From Candidatus Micrarchaeota archaeon (GTDB lineage Archaea > Micrarchaeota > Micrarchaeia > Anstonellales > Anstonellaceae): a DNA stretch of 35,167 bases. The position numbers were made by a program, and so were the translations under genes. The stretch spans positions 1-35,167 of the forward strand of contig JBDRNY010000028.1 of NCBI GenBank assembly GCA_043810635.1, given 5' to 3'. Shown one piece after another: positions 18,126 through 27,569 of the stretch. Under the pieces are notes generated by a model that was not told the DNA's origin, did no database searches, and was given only the letters and a program-made list of their open reading frames with translations. The number at the start of each line of letters is the position of its first letter. Position 1 is the stretch's first letter.

Positions 18126-18452
18126 TTATTTTTTCTTTTTGCCCTGCATATAAGGAAGAAACCTTACAGGCACATCATCTATTGAAATCAAGCCTTCAGC
18201 AAGCCGGACGCGCAATTTCAGCACTTTTCGCATAATAGATGAGGAGAGCCGTCCCCCGAATGGGCGGGTGGGCCTTCTTTTTGTTTTTGCAATAGAGCGC
18301 GTGGAATGCACCCCTGAAAGCACTTTGCCTGAAATGGCGCATTTGTGCTTTTTGCCCTTCTCCCTTCTCCTGTATCTTATCCTGCTTTCACCCTGCTGTG
18401 TCCGGTATTTTATCCTTCTTACAGAGCGCGAGCGGTCTTTTGGCTTTGGCAT
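18126..18452 (-). CDS. rpl34e: 50S ribosomal protein eL34
   Basis: MPKPKDRSRS.RR, KTKRRPTRPFGG.L. Confidence 0.93.
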   Translation of the reverse strand: MPKPKDRSRSVRRIKYRTQQGESRIRYRRREKGKKHKCAISGKVLSGVHSTRSIAKTKRRPTRPFGGRLSSSIMRKVLKLRVRLAEGLISIDDVPVRFLPYMQGKKKK

Positions 18453-18577
18453 AAATATACACCTCTTAAATATTATTTTTATTTTCCTTTTCTTCAGCAT
18501 AATTATTTTTTAATTATTATTTTTATTTTCTTCCGTTTCCGCATCATTAATTTTTTCTCGGCTTTATTCCCGTTTTT

Positions 18578-19318
18578 TTAATTTTTATTTTCTTTTTCGC
18601 CATCAATATTTTCCCCGCTTTTTGCATTATCATCTTTTATTTCACTTTTATTCTCGTTTTTTTCGCCAGTATTTTTTTCGGGCGGATTTTCGGATTTCTC
18701 ACCGTTATTTTTTTCTTTTCCGCCTTTCTCGCCGTTTTTTTCATCAGAATTTTTTTCGGTTTTGTTTCCGCTTTCTTTATTTTCGTTTTTTTCATCATTA
18801 TTTTTTCCAGATGCGGAAGCTGGGCTGAGGAATTTCTGTTTTACTTTAGTGTAGATTGTAGTTATTAAGTATATGCCAATGCCTGCAAGAATTACTGTAA
18901 TCCAAAACCATCCCACAGGTCCGAAGGTATCCCTCCAATTCGGAAAGTTTTCAAAATTTTGAATAAATATCGGAAGGGAGAAGGGGAGGGTTATTTCAAA
19001 TCCAACAAATGTATCTTTCAAAATAGGCATTATTATTGCCAAAGCGGGAATGATTATTATCAATGGTTTCATTTGGGAAAATTGGGTTGTGAGCATTTTC
19101 GGCATAAATTTTTCATATTTTCGGTTTACTTCCTCAACCCTTTTGGAATTGCCGGATTTTGATGCTTCGGAAAGCTCTTTTTGCAATGCTTTCATTTCTT
19201 TTTGCATTTCTTTTGCCTTGTTTCTGTCAACTAATTTATTCATAAGAAAGCGGGAAGCTAAGGAGTAGACTACTCCGATGGCGGCTACGATGTAAACAGT
19301 GTCAATTCCAAAATACAT
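18578..19318 (-). CDS. DUF106 (EMC3/TMCO1/Oxa1 superfamily) membrane protein with K/E/N-rich tail
   Basis: TM-coiled coil-MKP-TM...GWFW pattern; conserved position after adk. Confidence 0.87.
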   Translation of the reverse strand: MYFGIDTVYIVAAIGVVYSLASRFLMNKLVDRNKAKEMQKEMKALQKELSEASKSGNSKRVEEVNRKYEKFMPKMLTTQFSQMKPLIIIIPALAIIMPILKDTFVGFEITLPFSLPIFIQNFENFPNWRDTFGPVGWFWITVILAGIGIYLITTIYTKVKQKFLSPASASGKNNDEKNENKESGNKTEKNSDEKNGEKGGKEKNNGEKSENPPEKNTGEKNENKSEIKDDNAKSGENIDGEKENKN

Positions 19319-19329
19319 TTTTCTCAACT

Positions 19330-19875
19330 TTATTCAAGCAGTTTTGCAAATTTTTCCTGCGTTTGCTTGAGCTTTCCTTCTGCATTTGTTAAAATAATTG
19401 CGGGCGCGCCGGTAATAACAGAATATGCTGCCAAATATGCGCGGTTTATTTCATCATGCTCGTGCAATGATGCTTCTGCCTGGTCGTCGCGGGTGCGGCT
19501 GGAATCTTTTTTCCTTCTTTTCATAATATCTTTTATGGGCGCGGTTACAAGCACCAGTCTTTCAACAGAAATGTTTGGAAGAAAGGAGAAGGGAAGTCCG
19601 GGAAGATAGCCGGTGGGGGTGTTTACTGAACAATGGGTGTCTAATATTACATTTCTTTCATTTTCTGCAGAAAGTTTTTCCCCTATTTTTGCCTGTATTT
19701 GCCTTTGCTTGTCATTGGATAGTTTGCGTATTTCATCCCTATATTTTACCCCATATTCGCCGGATGCAATTTCCATCATCATTGTTCCGTAATTAATTAC
19801 TTTCCAGCCAGCGCTTTCAGCAACTGCCAAAACAGTACTTTTTCCTGCGCCGGGCAAACCCATTACAATTATCAT
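19330..19875 (-). CDS. adkA: Archaeal adenylate kinase
   Basis: GLPGAGKST, NYGTMM, RDEIRKL, LDTH, GYLPGLP, D.SRTRD. Confidence 0.96.
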   Translation of the reverse strand: MIIVMGLPGAGKSTVLAVAESAGWKVINYGTMMMEIASGEYGVKYRDEIRKLSNDKQRQIQAKIGEKLSAENERNVILDTHCSVNTPTGYLPGLPFSFLPNISVERLVLVTAPIKDIMKRRKKDSSRTRDDQAEASLHEHDEINRAYLAAYSVITGAPAIILTNAEGKLKQTQEKFAKLLE

Positions 19876-19888
19876 ACATTCACCTCAT

Positions 19889-21376
19889 TTACCTTCCAAG
19901 AAACTTGGATATAATAGCACTTTGTGAAGCAACATTATATTTCTCAATATCCTGGTACAGTCTATACAAAATGCCTACTGTGAGCAAAATTCCTGTGCCG
20001 GTTCCGAGCGCACCTGTCAAATCAGCAACTCCTGCCAGCAATCCTACAAATGCAGAGCCCATTATTACTATTGGAGGAATATATTTTTCCAAAAGCGCAG
20101 TAACTATTCTTGGATCCCGACGGTATCCCGGAATTTGCAATCCTGCGGAATCCAGCTGCTCTGCAACTTCTTTTGGCCCCATGCCTGTTGTATCCACCCA
20201 AAACTGCCCGAATATTATGCAAAGTATCATCAGGAAAATTATATAAATAACGATGTGAAGCCATTCTGGTATGCCCAAGTAAGGAGTTTGGGATGTTAAA
20301 TAAAATTCTAATTGCGCCCCATAATCTGTTCCGAATTGGCGGTGGGCAGGGGAAATTAAATACATAAATCCGTCAATAAACCTTGGGGAAACCCCTTCCC
20401 CTCCAACAGCTCTTCCAAAATAATTTATTAAATCCACGCCTTCCCCGCATATCATTGCAGGGTCGATTGCTTCTGGGTTGAATTCCCCTCCAACACACAA
20501 ATGCTGGCCAACCACTGCCATTGCCATAAACTGAAAGTTGGCAAGCAATGCAAATGCCAATATTACCGGAATATTTGAAACATACATGAATTTTATCGGA
20601 AATCCGGTGGCAACCCCCCTTGCCCTTTCAAATGCAAGCGGAATTTCCACTTTTATTCCTTCCAAATAAACAATTACAAGAAATACTATTATTGTAAATA
20701 CTATCGGAAGGAAGGCGTCAAATGCTTTTGCTATAACCTGGGCGCCCCCTTCTGCAAATATTGACAATATTCCTGCCTCGCCAAAAAATATTGTAAACGA
20801 GCCTCCTATTATTGCAAATGAAACTCCGGCTGCAATGAAAAGCGAAATTCCTGAGCCGAGGCCGTATTTGGATACTATTTCATCCAAATAAAGCAATATT
20901 ATTGATGCAAATGCTATCTGCAATACCACAAAAACATGGGTTAATTCCCCGAAAGTGCCTACCAAAGGCAGGCCTGAAAGAAATACGAATACATATGCCT
21001 CAAAAAAGCATAATGCTATTGCAAGCAATTTCTGGGTGCCGTGGAATAATGATTTTTCCTCGGGGTCTTTCATATTTACTTCCAATACTTTTGCACCGAC
21101 AAACAATTGAAGAAAAATCGAGGCAAGCACAATAGGCCCTATTCCTATTGTAAGCAAAGAGCCCATCCTTGAAGCAGTAACTATCTGAAGAAAATCTGTG
21201 GACATGCCAATATCCGGGTCCACTCCTATTGCCAATACATTGTACATTGCAAAAAATATGAATAATGCAAGCCCGGTCCATATCATGCGCTCTGCAAAAG
21301 AAGGGGGAATTTGGGGTGAGTGTATTTCAGGCAAGAGGCGCAGAATGGGCCGAAGTGCTTCCAATGGTGTTGCCAT
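19889..21376 (-). CDS. secY: Protein translocase subunit SecY
   Basis: GSLLTIGIGPIVLASI, SKYGLGSGISLFI, YVSNIPVI, GLQIPGYRRDP, GTGILLTV. Confidence 0.98.
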   Translation of the reverse strand: MATPLEALRPILRLLPEIHSPQIPPSFAERMIWTGLALFIFFAMYNVLAIGVDPDIGMSTDFLQIVTASRMGSLLTIGIGPIVLASIFLQLFVGAKVLEVNMKDPEEKSLFHGTQKLLAIALCFFEAYVFVFLSGLPLVGTFGELTHVFVVLQIAFASIILLYLDEIVSKYGLGSGISLFIAAGVSFAIIGGSFTIFFGEAGILSIFAEGGAQVIAKAFDAFLPIVFTIIVFLVIVYLEGIKVEIPLAFERARGVATGFPIKFMYVSNIPVILAFALLANFQFMAMAVVGQHLCVGGEFNPEAIDPAMICGEGVDLINYFGRAVGGEGVSPRFIDGFMYLISPAHRQFGTDYGAQLEFYLTSQTPYLGIPEWLHIVIYIIFLMILCIIFGQFWVDTTGMGPKEVAEQLDSAGLQIPGYRRDPRIVTALLEKYIPPIVIMGSAFVGLLAGVADLTGALGTGTGILLTVGILYRLYQDIEKYNVASQSAIISKFLGR

Positions 21377-21427
21377 GAATAAAACCTTGATAACTAAACT
21401 TTAAAACTAATTCATCCCGCTTTTTAT

Positions 21428-22033
21428 TTATTTTATTTCTTTTTCTTCGCCTGCTTTTTTTGCATCAGATTTTTCCTTTTCAATTATTTTTCCGCCGGCT
21501 TTATTTTCGCTTTTTTTCACTTCTTTTTTTGCTTCCGCCTTATTTTTTTCCTCAATTTTATTTTCGCCCGCTTTTGCATCAATTTTTTCATTTTCTTCCT
21601 TTTTGCCAGCTTTATTTTCCTTTTTTGCTAATTGCACAAATTTCCCGCCGGCTTTTTCAATTCTCGCAATTGCCTTTTTTGTCGCAGAAATTGCGGTTAT
21701 TTCAACTGCTTTTGAAATTTCGCCTGTGCCGAGTATTTTTCCATTAAATTCAAATTTATCAGTTATTTTGCCTTTTTTCAGCATATTGTTGATTTCATAC
21801 AAATTAATTGCATCAACTTCTTTTGTTGTTGGGTTGTGGAATCCAAACCTTCCCCCATGGCGCATAAATTCCCTTTCATATTTTGTTACATATGTAAAGC
21901 GGTGCTTGTGAAATCCGGCTCTTCCTACCCCTCCTTTGCATCCGCTTCCCCTCTTATTTTTGGTATTGCCAGTGCCGCAGCTGCGTGTGCCGCGGAATTT
22001 GTGGATTCTTTTTCTTTTTCTATTTCCTGCCAT
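21428..22033 (-). CDS. rpl15: 50S ribosomal protein uL15 with K/E-rich tail
   Basis: RGTRSCG.G..K.KRGSG.KGG.GRAG..KH, KILGTG, IEKAGG. Confidence 0.95.
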   Translation of the reverse strand: MAGNRKRKRIHKFRGTRSCGTGNTKNKRGSGCKGGVGRAGFHKHRFTYVTKYEREFMRHGGRFGFHNPTTKEVDAINLYEINNMLKKGKITDKFEFNGKILGTGEISKAVEITAISATKKAIARIEKAGGKFVQLAKKENKAGKKEENEKIDAKAGENKIEEKNKAEAKKEVKKSENKAGGKIIEKEKSDAKKAGEEKEIK

Positions 22034-22052
22034 CATAACCACATTTTCATAA

Positions 22053-22108
22053 TTTTCTTTCTTTTTCCCGAGGGTTTTTCTTTCTTTTCTAAAGAAAGAA
22101 AAAGGCTC
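22053..22108. repeat. Family A element
   Basis: T4CT3CT5-CCCGAGGG-T5CT3CT4-CT-A3GA3GA5-GGCTC; perfect 14-nt mirror; overlaps the rpl30 stop. Confidence 0.88.
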
Positions 22109-22676
22109 ATATCATTCTTTTCAATAATTCATCAATTGATTCTCTAGGCCCCAAATCTCCCATTGGATAGCGCTTTTTCCTGTTTTTCCATCCTTTTCTG
22201 GGGGGGTGGAGCCGGAAATTTCTGTTTATGCCAACTTCCTTGGGGGATTTGCCTGAAAATAATTGGGATGCAATTTTTTCAATTTCATCTTCTTTTTTCA
22301 ACTCAGAAAGCTTCTTTTTTCCGATTTGCCCTCTTTTTGAAAGCAATTTTACAAGCATATCTTTGCTGATATTGCCCCATGTAACATAATCCTTGCATTC
22401 CAAAAGCATTCCGTTGTAAGAGGGGGATGTGTGGATTATTGTTGCCTGGTTGGAGCGTATTAAGTTGAGCATTTCAATAGTGTATTTTCTTTTGGGGTGG
22501 ATGCCGGTTATGCCCCTTACTCGCACTATTGCAATAACCGCCGGCTTGTGAGAAGCTTCTTTTATTTCATTTTCTGTTTTAGCCGGGCTTGCATTTTTTG
22601 CCGGGTTTTTGATTTTTTCATGCTTATTTCCGGAATTTTTTGCCGGTTTTTTTGCAATTTCTTTTTTCTTTTCCAT
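22107..22676 (-). CDS. rpl30: 50S ribosomal protein uL30
   Basis: AIVRVRG, GML..CKDYVTWG, FRLHPPRKG, GDLG.R. Confidence 0.95.
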   Translation of the reverse strand: MEKKKEIAKKPAKNSGNKHEKIKNPAKNASPAKTENEIKEASHKPAVIAIVRVRGITGIHPKRKYTIEMLNLIRSNQATIIHTSPSYNGMLLECKDYVTWGNISKDMLVKLLSKRGQIGKKKLSELKKEDEIEKIASQLFSGKSPKEVGINRNFRLHPPRKGWKNRKKRYPMGDLGPRESIDELLKRMI

Positions 22677-22774
22677 AAGTATCATCTTGTTTCTTTCTTT
22701 TCCCGAGGGTTTTCTTTCTTTTCAAAGAAAGAAAAGGCTCTTTTCCATAAGTATCATCTTGTTTCTTTCTTTTC
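22667..22774. repeat. Family A element (22690-22740) within an exact 36-bp direct repeat of the rpl30 start region
   Basis: tcttttccataagtatcatcttgtttctttcttttc at 22667-22702 and 22739-22774. Confidence 0.9.
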
Positions 22775-22779
22775 ATAAT

Positions 22780-23556
22780 TTATGCTTCATTTTCTTCTTT
22801 TTTCTTTTTCTCGGGCTCGGGGGAGCTTTTCACGTCTTTTACAGATTCGTGTATTTTTGCGACTTCTTCCCCTTTTGCACCCATTTCACTCCAATCCCCG
22901 TGGTATTTCATGCTGTTGAGGGAATTCAGAGCATTTGCGGCAGCCATTGCCATATTATATATATTGCGAGTATGGCCGCGTGAAAATGACCATGCATTCT
23001 TTACTCCGGCATAGGTAAGCACTTTTCTTACAATAGGGTTTGCAGCCAATCCTACCCCTCGCGGGGCGGGCTTTATTGTCACTTCAACAGAACCGTTTTT
23101 TCCTGTAACTGTAATAGGAATGCTGTGCGGGGTTTTGGATGTATCTTCCCATGAGCCGCTTCCCCTCGGAACGCAAACCATTCTTCTTCTTGCATCCCTT
23201 GTTGCGGTTTCTATTGCAGGGCGCACTTCTTCGCTTTTGCCTGTGCCTATTCCAAAATGCCCGTTTTTGTCCCCTATCAATACAACAGCCCGGAATTGGG
23301 CTTTTCTTCCGCAGTCGGTCATTCTTTGGGTGTTTTTTATGTCAAGAGTTTCAGACTGCAAAGTTGGAAGCAAAAAGTCAACTATTTCAGGCTCTAAAAT
23401 GGGCTTGCCCAGTTCATATATTTCCTCGATTGAGGTAATTTCGCCTCCTTTAACCTTTTTTCCAATACTGCTTTTCGGAACCCAGTCTTCAATATTAAGG
23501 CTGTCCCTTTTGTCTCTCCCTCTTCCTCTTCCTCGTCCTCGTCCTCGTTGAGCCAT
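22780..23556 (-). CDS. rps5: 30S ribosomal protein uS5
   Basis: WVPKS.IG, EPEIVD.LLP, QRMTD.GR, GSGSWE, PAPRGVG. Confidence 0.97.
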   Translation of the reverse strand: MAQRGRGRGRGRGRDKRDSLNIEDWVPKSSIGKKVKGGEITSIEEIYELGKPILEPEIVDFLLPTLQSETLDIKNTQRMTDCGRKAQFRAVVLIGDKNGHFGIGTGKSEEVRPAIETATRDARRRMVCVPRGSGSWEDTSKTPHSIPITVTGKNGSVEVTIKPAPRGVGLAANPIVRKVLTYAGVKNAWSFSRGHTRNIYNMAMAAANALNSLNSMKYHGDWSEMGAKGEEVAKIHESVKDVKSSPEPEKKKKEENEA

Positions 23557-23560
23557 CCAT

Positions 23561-24145
23561 TCACCTGCTTAATATTTTCCCTTTTGTTTCCTCAAAAATT
23601 TGAGGAAGGTTTTTTACATCAATATTTTTCTTTGCATACCTGGAAAACTGCTTTTCATATTTTTCCTTGTTTTCGGTTTCAAGCTTTTTTGCATATTCTG
23701 AAATATGGGTGCCGCTTATCCTTTTCACATCTACAAGGGTGTCGGGCATGTTTAATTTCAACCCCCCTTCTTTTGCACCCAGTGCGGCTGCAAAAAGTAT
23801 TCTTCCGTTTGTGGCGCTTGCCATTCCGATGTCAAGGTGGGCGGATTCTGTGCCTGCACTTTTTGCCCTTTTTGAAGCCAGCATGCCTGTAAGATAGGCA
23901 GTGGGTGTGTTTGCCTGCGGCAGCCATCCGAATTTTTCAAGCTCGTGCGAGCTTGCCATGGCAAGGGTTCTGTCTCCCTTGGGGTGGAATGCGATTATTT
24001 GCACAACAATATTTTTGTTGCTGGCGCGCACAACAAGCCTTGGGGTGCCTGCCTTTATCATGCCGAGGCGCTTTGTGTAATTTGTCCTGTTTTCGCGCCT
24101 TCTCCTGAAAGCCACCTTATATGTCGGCCCTGTTGCTTTTGCCAT
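23561..24145 (-). CDS. rpl18: 50S ribosomal protein uL18
   Basis: GPTYKVAFRRRRE.RTNY.KRL, RLVVR, NTPTAYLTG, LDIG. Confidence 0.96.
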   Translation of the reverse strand: MAKATGPTYKVAFRRRRENRTNYTKRLGMIKAGTPRLVVRASNKNIVVQIIAFHPKGDRTLAMASSHELEKFGWLPQANTPTAYLTGMLASKRAKSAGTESAHLDIGMASATNGRILFAAALGAKEGGLKLNMPDTLVDVKRISGTHISEYAKKLETENKEKYEKQFSRYAKKNIDVKNLPQIFEETKGKILSR

Positions 24146-24156
24146 ATAAATCAACA

Positions 24157-24615
24157 TCATTTCTTCGTTTCCTTCAGCATATTATTTTCTTTCAAATAAT
24201 TGACAAGCTGCTGCTTGCCTTTGAAGGAATTTCCTTTTATTTTCAAATAAACTTTTTTTGCATCCTTTTTTTCAAGCTCCCCTTTTTCCACAAGGGAAAA
24301 GAGGCGCTTTCTTTGGGAGCGGACTTTTGCCATCCAAAACTCTTTTGGATTGCGCCTTGCACGCTTGGTGCCTTTTCTGCTTCCCCTGCCGCGCCTTCTT
24401 CCGGCTCTTTTTGCTTCTTCTTTTAATCTTGCGCGATATCTGCTTACCCCGCGCCTTGGAAGGGCTTTTATTACTCCGTCTTTTATCAGGGTGCGAACAT
24501 CATCTCTTGTAAGCGCTTCTGAAATTTTCTTGCCTTCGGTGGGGCTGAGCCAGATTTTGCATTCGCCGATTCCGAGAATGGACGCTGCAAGCCTTTTGAT
24601 GGTTTTTTGACCCAT
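24157..24615 (-). CDS. rpl19e: 50S ribosomal protein eL19
   Basis: KRLAA.IL, ALTRDDVR.LI, RGRGSRKG, WMAKVRSQR, KIKGNSF. Confidence 0.96.
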   Translation of the reverse strand: MGQKTIKRLAASILGIGECKIWLSPTEGKKISEALTRDDVRTLIKDGVIKALPRRGVSRYRARLKEEAKRAGRRRGRGSRKGTKRARRNPKEFWMAKVRSQRKRLFSLVEKGELEKKDAKKVYLKIKGNSFKGKQQLVNYLKENNMLKETKK

Positions 24616-24624
24616 AAATATCAA

Positions 24625-25092
24625 CTACTTCTTTGCACCCGCATCCTCTTTTTTGCCGGATGCTTCATTTTTTTCAATTTTTTTCTCATTCGCACCCGCA
24701 TCCTCTTTTTTGCCGGATGCTTCAATTTTTTCTTTTTCCTCAAATTTTTTCGGATTTAGCACTATTAATTTTCTTTTTGCTGCTTCTTCCATTAATTTTA
24801 TTCTTAATTTTTTCCCAATAGACGCTGAAATCCGCACAAGACAGTCTTTTACTTCTGCAAGCTCGGATAAATTGCGCACAAGAATTTCTTTTTTTCCTTT
24901 TGGATGGAGAAACCGGATGGCTTTTGCCTGCCCGTATCCTATTGAGGGAGATTTGCCCATATGCGCTTTTTTGACTCTTTTCTTGTTGTCTATCCCCCTC
25001 TGCCTTCTCCAATTTTTCTTAATTCTTTTGCGGGAAGAGCGCCCGTAATTGGGGCGGAGGAATTTCGGCTTTTTCTTTTTCTTTATTTTCAT
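24625..25092 (-). CDS. rpl32e: 50S ribosomal protein eL32 with repeated C-terminal tail
   Basis: KPKFLR, WRRQRGIDNK, PSIGYG, LHPKG. Confidence 0.95.
   Translation of the reverse strand: MKIKKKKKPKFLRPNYGRSSRKRIKKNWRRQRGIDNKKRVKKAHMGKSPSIGYGQAKAIRFLHPKGKKEILVRNLSELAEVKDCLVRISASIGKKLRIKLMEEAAKRKLIVLNPKKFEEKEKIEASGKKEDAGANEKKIEKNEASGKKEDAGAKK
24635..24724. repeat. 33-bp in-frame direct repeat (EASGKKEDAGA x2), period 57
   Basis: Identical segments at 24635-24667 and 24692-24724. Confidence 0.9.
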
Positions 25093-25102
25093 AAATATCA
25101 CA

Positions 25103-25618
25103 CTATTCTTCCACAGGGTATATTCCGTCCTGGAATACCCGCGAATCTCTTCCGACTATTTTTGTTGCAATTCTCAAATTTGCAACAGTCTGGCCAACAT
25201 CATCTTTGTCAGGGCCGCTTACTGTTATGCTCTGCCCTTTCACTTCAACTTTTGTATCCCCCATCACTCTTGAAACTCTTGGCTTCCTTTCCCCAATAAA
25301 ATTCTTTATTTCAATTTCCTTTCCTTTTAATGAAACTGAAATAGGGAAGTGGGCGTAAATAATTTTCATTTTTCTTACATACCCTTTTGCACAGCCTTCA
25401 AACATATTCAAGATGTGCTTTTTTGCTGTGTTTGCCTCGCACAGGGCGCCTCTTAGCAGAATTTTTCCGTTGGATAATGAAATTTCTAATCCTCTCAATG
25501 AAAATACTTTGGAGCTTTTTCCTTTCGGCCCGCTCACTGATACAGCAAATCCATTAACAGTTGCCTGCACCTCCTTGGGAATTTCCAATGAATACTCAAC
25601 AATGTTGCTTTTTGCCAT
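25103..25618 (-). CDS. rpl6: 50S ribosomal protein uL6
   Basis: VSGPKG, YAHFPI, NFIGE, VGQTVAN, RD.RVFQDGIY. Confidence 0.96.
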   Translation of the reverse strand: MAKSNIVEYSLEIPKEVQATVNGFAVSVSGPKGKSSKVFSLRGLEISLSNGKILLRGALCEANTAKKHILNMFEGCAKGYVRKMKIIYAHFPISVSLKGKEIEIKNFIGERKPRVSRVMGDTKVEVKGQSITVSGPDKDDVGQTVANLRIATKIVGRDSRVFQDGIYPVEE

Positions 25619-25626
25619 AAATATCA

Positions 25627-26013
25627 CTAATATACATAAGCTATCAGGCGCCCGCCTGTATTTGCCTTCTTTGCCTCCGCATTTGTCATCATCCCTTCGG
25701 GGGTGCTGACAATAAGCAAGCCGAATCCGACTCCTGGGATAAATTTCTGCTCCCATTCCACCCATTCGTTTTTTCTTATTGGATATCTGGGTTTTATTGC
25801 ACCGCATTTGTTTATTTTGCCCAAAAGCTTTACCCGGAAATAGCCAGTATAACCCTGGTCAACATATTCAAAATCCCCGATATAGCTTTTTGCCTGCAAT
25901 ATCTTGAGTATTTCGCGCACAATCTTTGAAGGTTTTACCTCGCAATCGGGCTTTCCATTCATTTCATGCGTTTTTATTACGTTCAACGCTTCTGCAAGCA
26001 AATCTTTTGACAT
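25627..26013 (-). CDS. rps8: 30S ribosomal protein uS8
   Basis: YIGDFE, LLGKINKCGAIKPR, IVSTPEG, GGRLIAYVY. Confidence 0.97.
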   Translation of the reverse strand: MSKDLLAEALNVIKTHEMNGKPDCEVKPSKIVREILKILQAKSYIGDFEYVDQGYTGYFRVKLLGKINKCGAIKPRYPIRKNEWVEWEQKFIPGVGFGLLIVSTPEGMMTNAEAKKANTGGRLIAYVY

Positions 26014-26026
26014 TTTACCATCCTCA

Positions 26027-26200
26027 TCAATATTTTCTAAATCCTATCTGCTCCGCAATCTCCCTAAACACTCTTCTTGAAAGCTGCAGACCGTAGGAGC
26101 GGATAATGCCTTTGGCATTTCCGGTTATTCTGCATTTTCTTTTTCCTTTTCCCCTCTTCCTGTATTCGAAAGGAAATGGTTTTTTCTTTTTCTTTGCCAT
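26027..26200 (-). CDS. rps14: 30S ribosomal protein uS14 (Zn ligands mostly lost)
   Basis: GKG.RKC, IIRSYGL.L.R.VFRE.A..IGFRKY; synteny. Confidence 0.93.
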   Translation of the reverse strand: MAKKKKKPFPFEYRKRGKGKRKCRITGNAKGIIRSYGLQLSRRVFREIAEQIGFRKY

Positions 26201-26219
26201 AAATATCATCCATTTATTT

Positions 26220-26266
26220 TTTTCATTTTTTGCCTTGCCGCATTTCCATAATTATTTTTTTCTTTT
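26220..26266. repeat. Family C spacer repeat, copy 1
   Basis: ttttcattttttgccttgccg-ca-tttccataattatttttttctttt; near-identical to 28468-28515. Confidence 0.8.
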
Positions 26267-26301
26267 TTTTCGTTTTTTCCGGTTATTTTTTCATTTTTTA
26301 T

Positions 26302-26835
26302 TTAATCTATTTTCACTCCAAGCTTTTCCTCGGCAAATTTTATTCCGTCCTCTTTTGAGAGGCGGTGCTTTTTGGAAATTCCTGATTTTGCGCGCCTGCG
26401 CTTTGAAACTCTCCATCCCCCTTTTCTTTTGAGGGTGATGCAAACATCAAATCCTATCATTCCTATTTTCGGGTCGTATTTTGCCCCCGGAAATTCAATA
26501 TATTCGGGCACTCCGAAGCTGAAATTGCCCAAATTGTCAAAATTTTTCTTTTTAAGCCCGAAATCTTTTGCTTTCAGCGCTTTTTTCACAAATTCAACCG
26601 CCTCTTTTCCGCGCAAAGTTGTTTTTGCCCCTATAGGGTCTCCTTTTCTTATTCCGAACGTGGGATTTCGCACTTTTGCAAGGGTTTCGATTGCAGTCCT
26701 TCCGCTGAGGCGCTGAAGCAATGTTTTTGCATTTTCCAATTCCTGCCCAGCCTGCCCCGCGCCTATGTTAAGGGTGATTTTGTCAATAACCACTTCCCGC
26801 ATCGGGTTCGGCTTTGCATTATTTTTCTCTTCCAT
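26302..26835 (-). CDS. rpl5: 50S ribosomal protein uL5
   Basis: NPMRE..I.KITLNIG, FGIRKG.PIG.K.TLR, GNFSFG, YDPKIG. Confidence 0.97.
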   Translation of the reverse strand: MEEKNNAKPNPMREVVIDKITLNIGAGQAGQELENAKTLLQRLSGRTAIETLAKVRNPTFGIRKGDPIGAKTTLRGKEAVEFVKKALKAKDFGLKKKNFDNLGNFSFGVPEYIEFPGAKYDPKIGMIGFDVCITLKRKGGWRVSKRRRAKSGISKKHRLSKEDGIKFAEEKLGVKID

Positions 26836-26855
26836 ATCAATTCACGATTTAAAAA

Positions 26856-27557
26856 TCATTCAAAATCCTTGTCAACCGCTATAAGGTATTTTGTAAGTGT
26901 GGTAAATTCCCCTTCAGGGGATTTGAGCATTGATTCAGGCTCCATTGAGCCTGCCCTTTCCTGAATTTTTTCAAGGGTTGCAAGCTTTCCTGCGTGCTTT
27001 CCGCGAATAACAACGCATTTTGCCCCCGCATCCAATGGAAGGGAAGACAAAATCTTGAATTCAGGAACGCTCATTTTCAGTGTGGAGCCGACTTTTGCAT
27101 TATTGTCAGAAGGCAAATTCCTTCCGTCATGCAGAGTAAGCATCAATTTCTTCCCCCGCTCGGTGCGCTTGCCAGTTATTTTGCAGAATTTTATTTTTGC
27201 CTGCTCGGGGGGAATTTCTTTTGCCCTCAGCTTTCCGCCAATCATCTGCAGTCTCCATGCTTTTTCCATTTTTGGAATTGAAATTATATCCATTATTCCG
27301 ACAGGCCTTTTTTCATTTCTTCTTGCTTTTCCGTCAACAAGCACTGCGCCGGAATTAAGCACTTTTTCCACTTCTTTCATTGAAGCGCATACCTGCAATT
27401 CATCCCGCAAAAGCATTGCAAGGCTCATGCTTCGGCTTGCAGAATGGGGGCCCGGGCTTGTGGATACCAGCCAGTATTTTGCCTTTCTTTCTTTAACCGG
27501 AAGCGCGCGCGGAAGTGCAATTCTTTTTGTATGCGGTGATTTTCCTTTTTTACCCAT
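26856..27557 (-). CDS. rps4e: 30S ribosomal protein eS4
   Basis: H.KR, SPGPH, LLRD.L, VDGK.R, PVGIMD, LHDGRN, GKHAG. Confidence 0.96.
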   Translation of the reverse strand: MGKKGKSPHTKRIALPRALPVKERKAKYWLVSTSPGPHSASRSMSLAMLLRDELQVCASMKEVEKVLNSGAVLVDGKARRNEKRPVGIMDIISIPKMEKAWRLQMIGGKLRAKEIPPEQAKIKFCKITGKRTERGKKLMLTLHDGRNLPSDNNAKVGSTLKMSVPEFKILSSLPLDAGAKCVVIRGKHAGKLATLEKIQERAGSMEPESMLKSPEGEFTTLTKYLIAVDKDFE

Positions 27558-27569
27558 AAACATCATCTT

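Noticed and set aside
22667..22774. Family A/D inserts as spliced BHB mRNA introns
   Set aside because: No bulge-helix-bulge found at their borders, and the downstream genes are complete without splicing; not fully excluded without RNA data.
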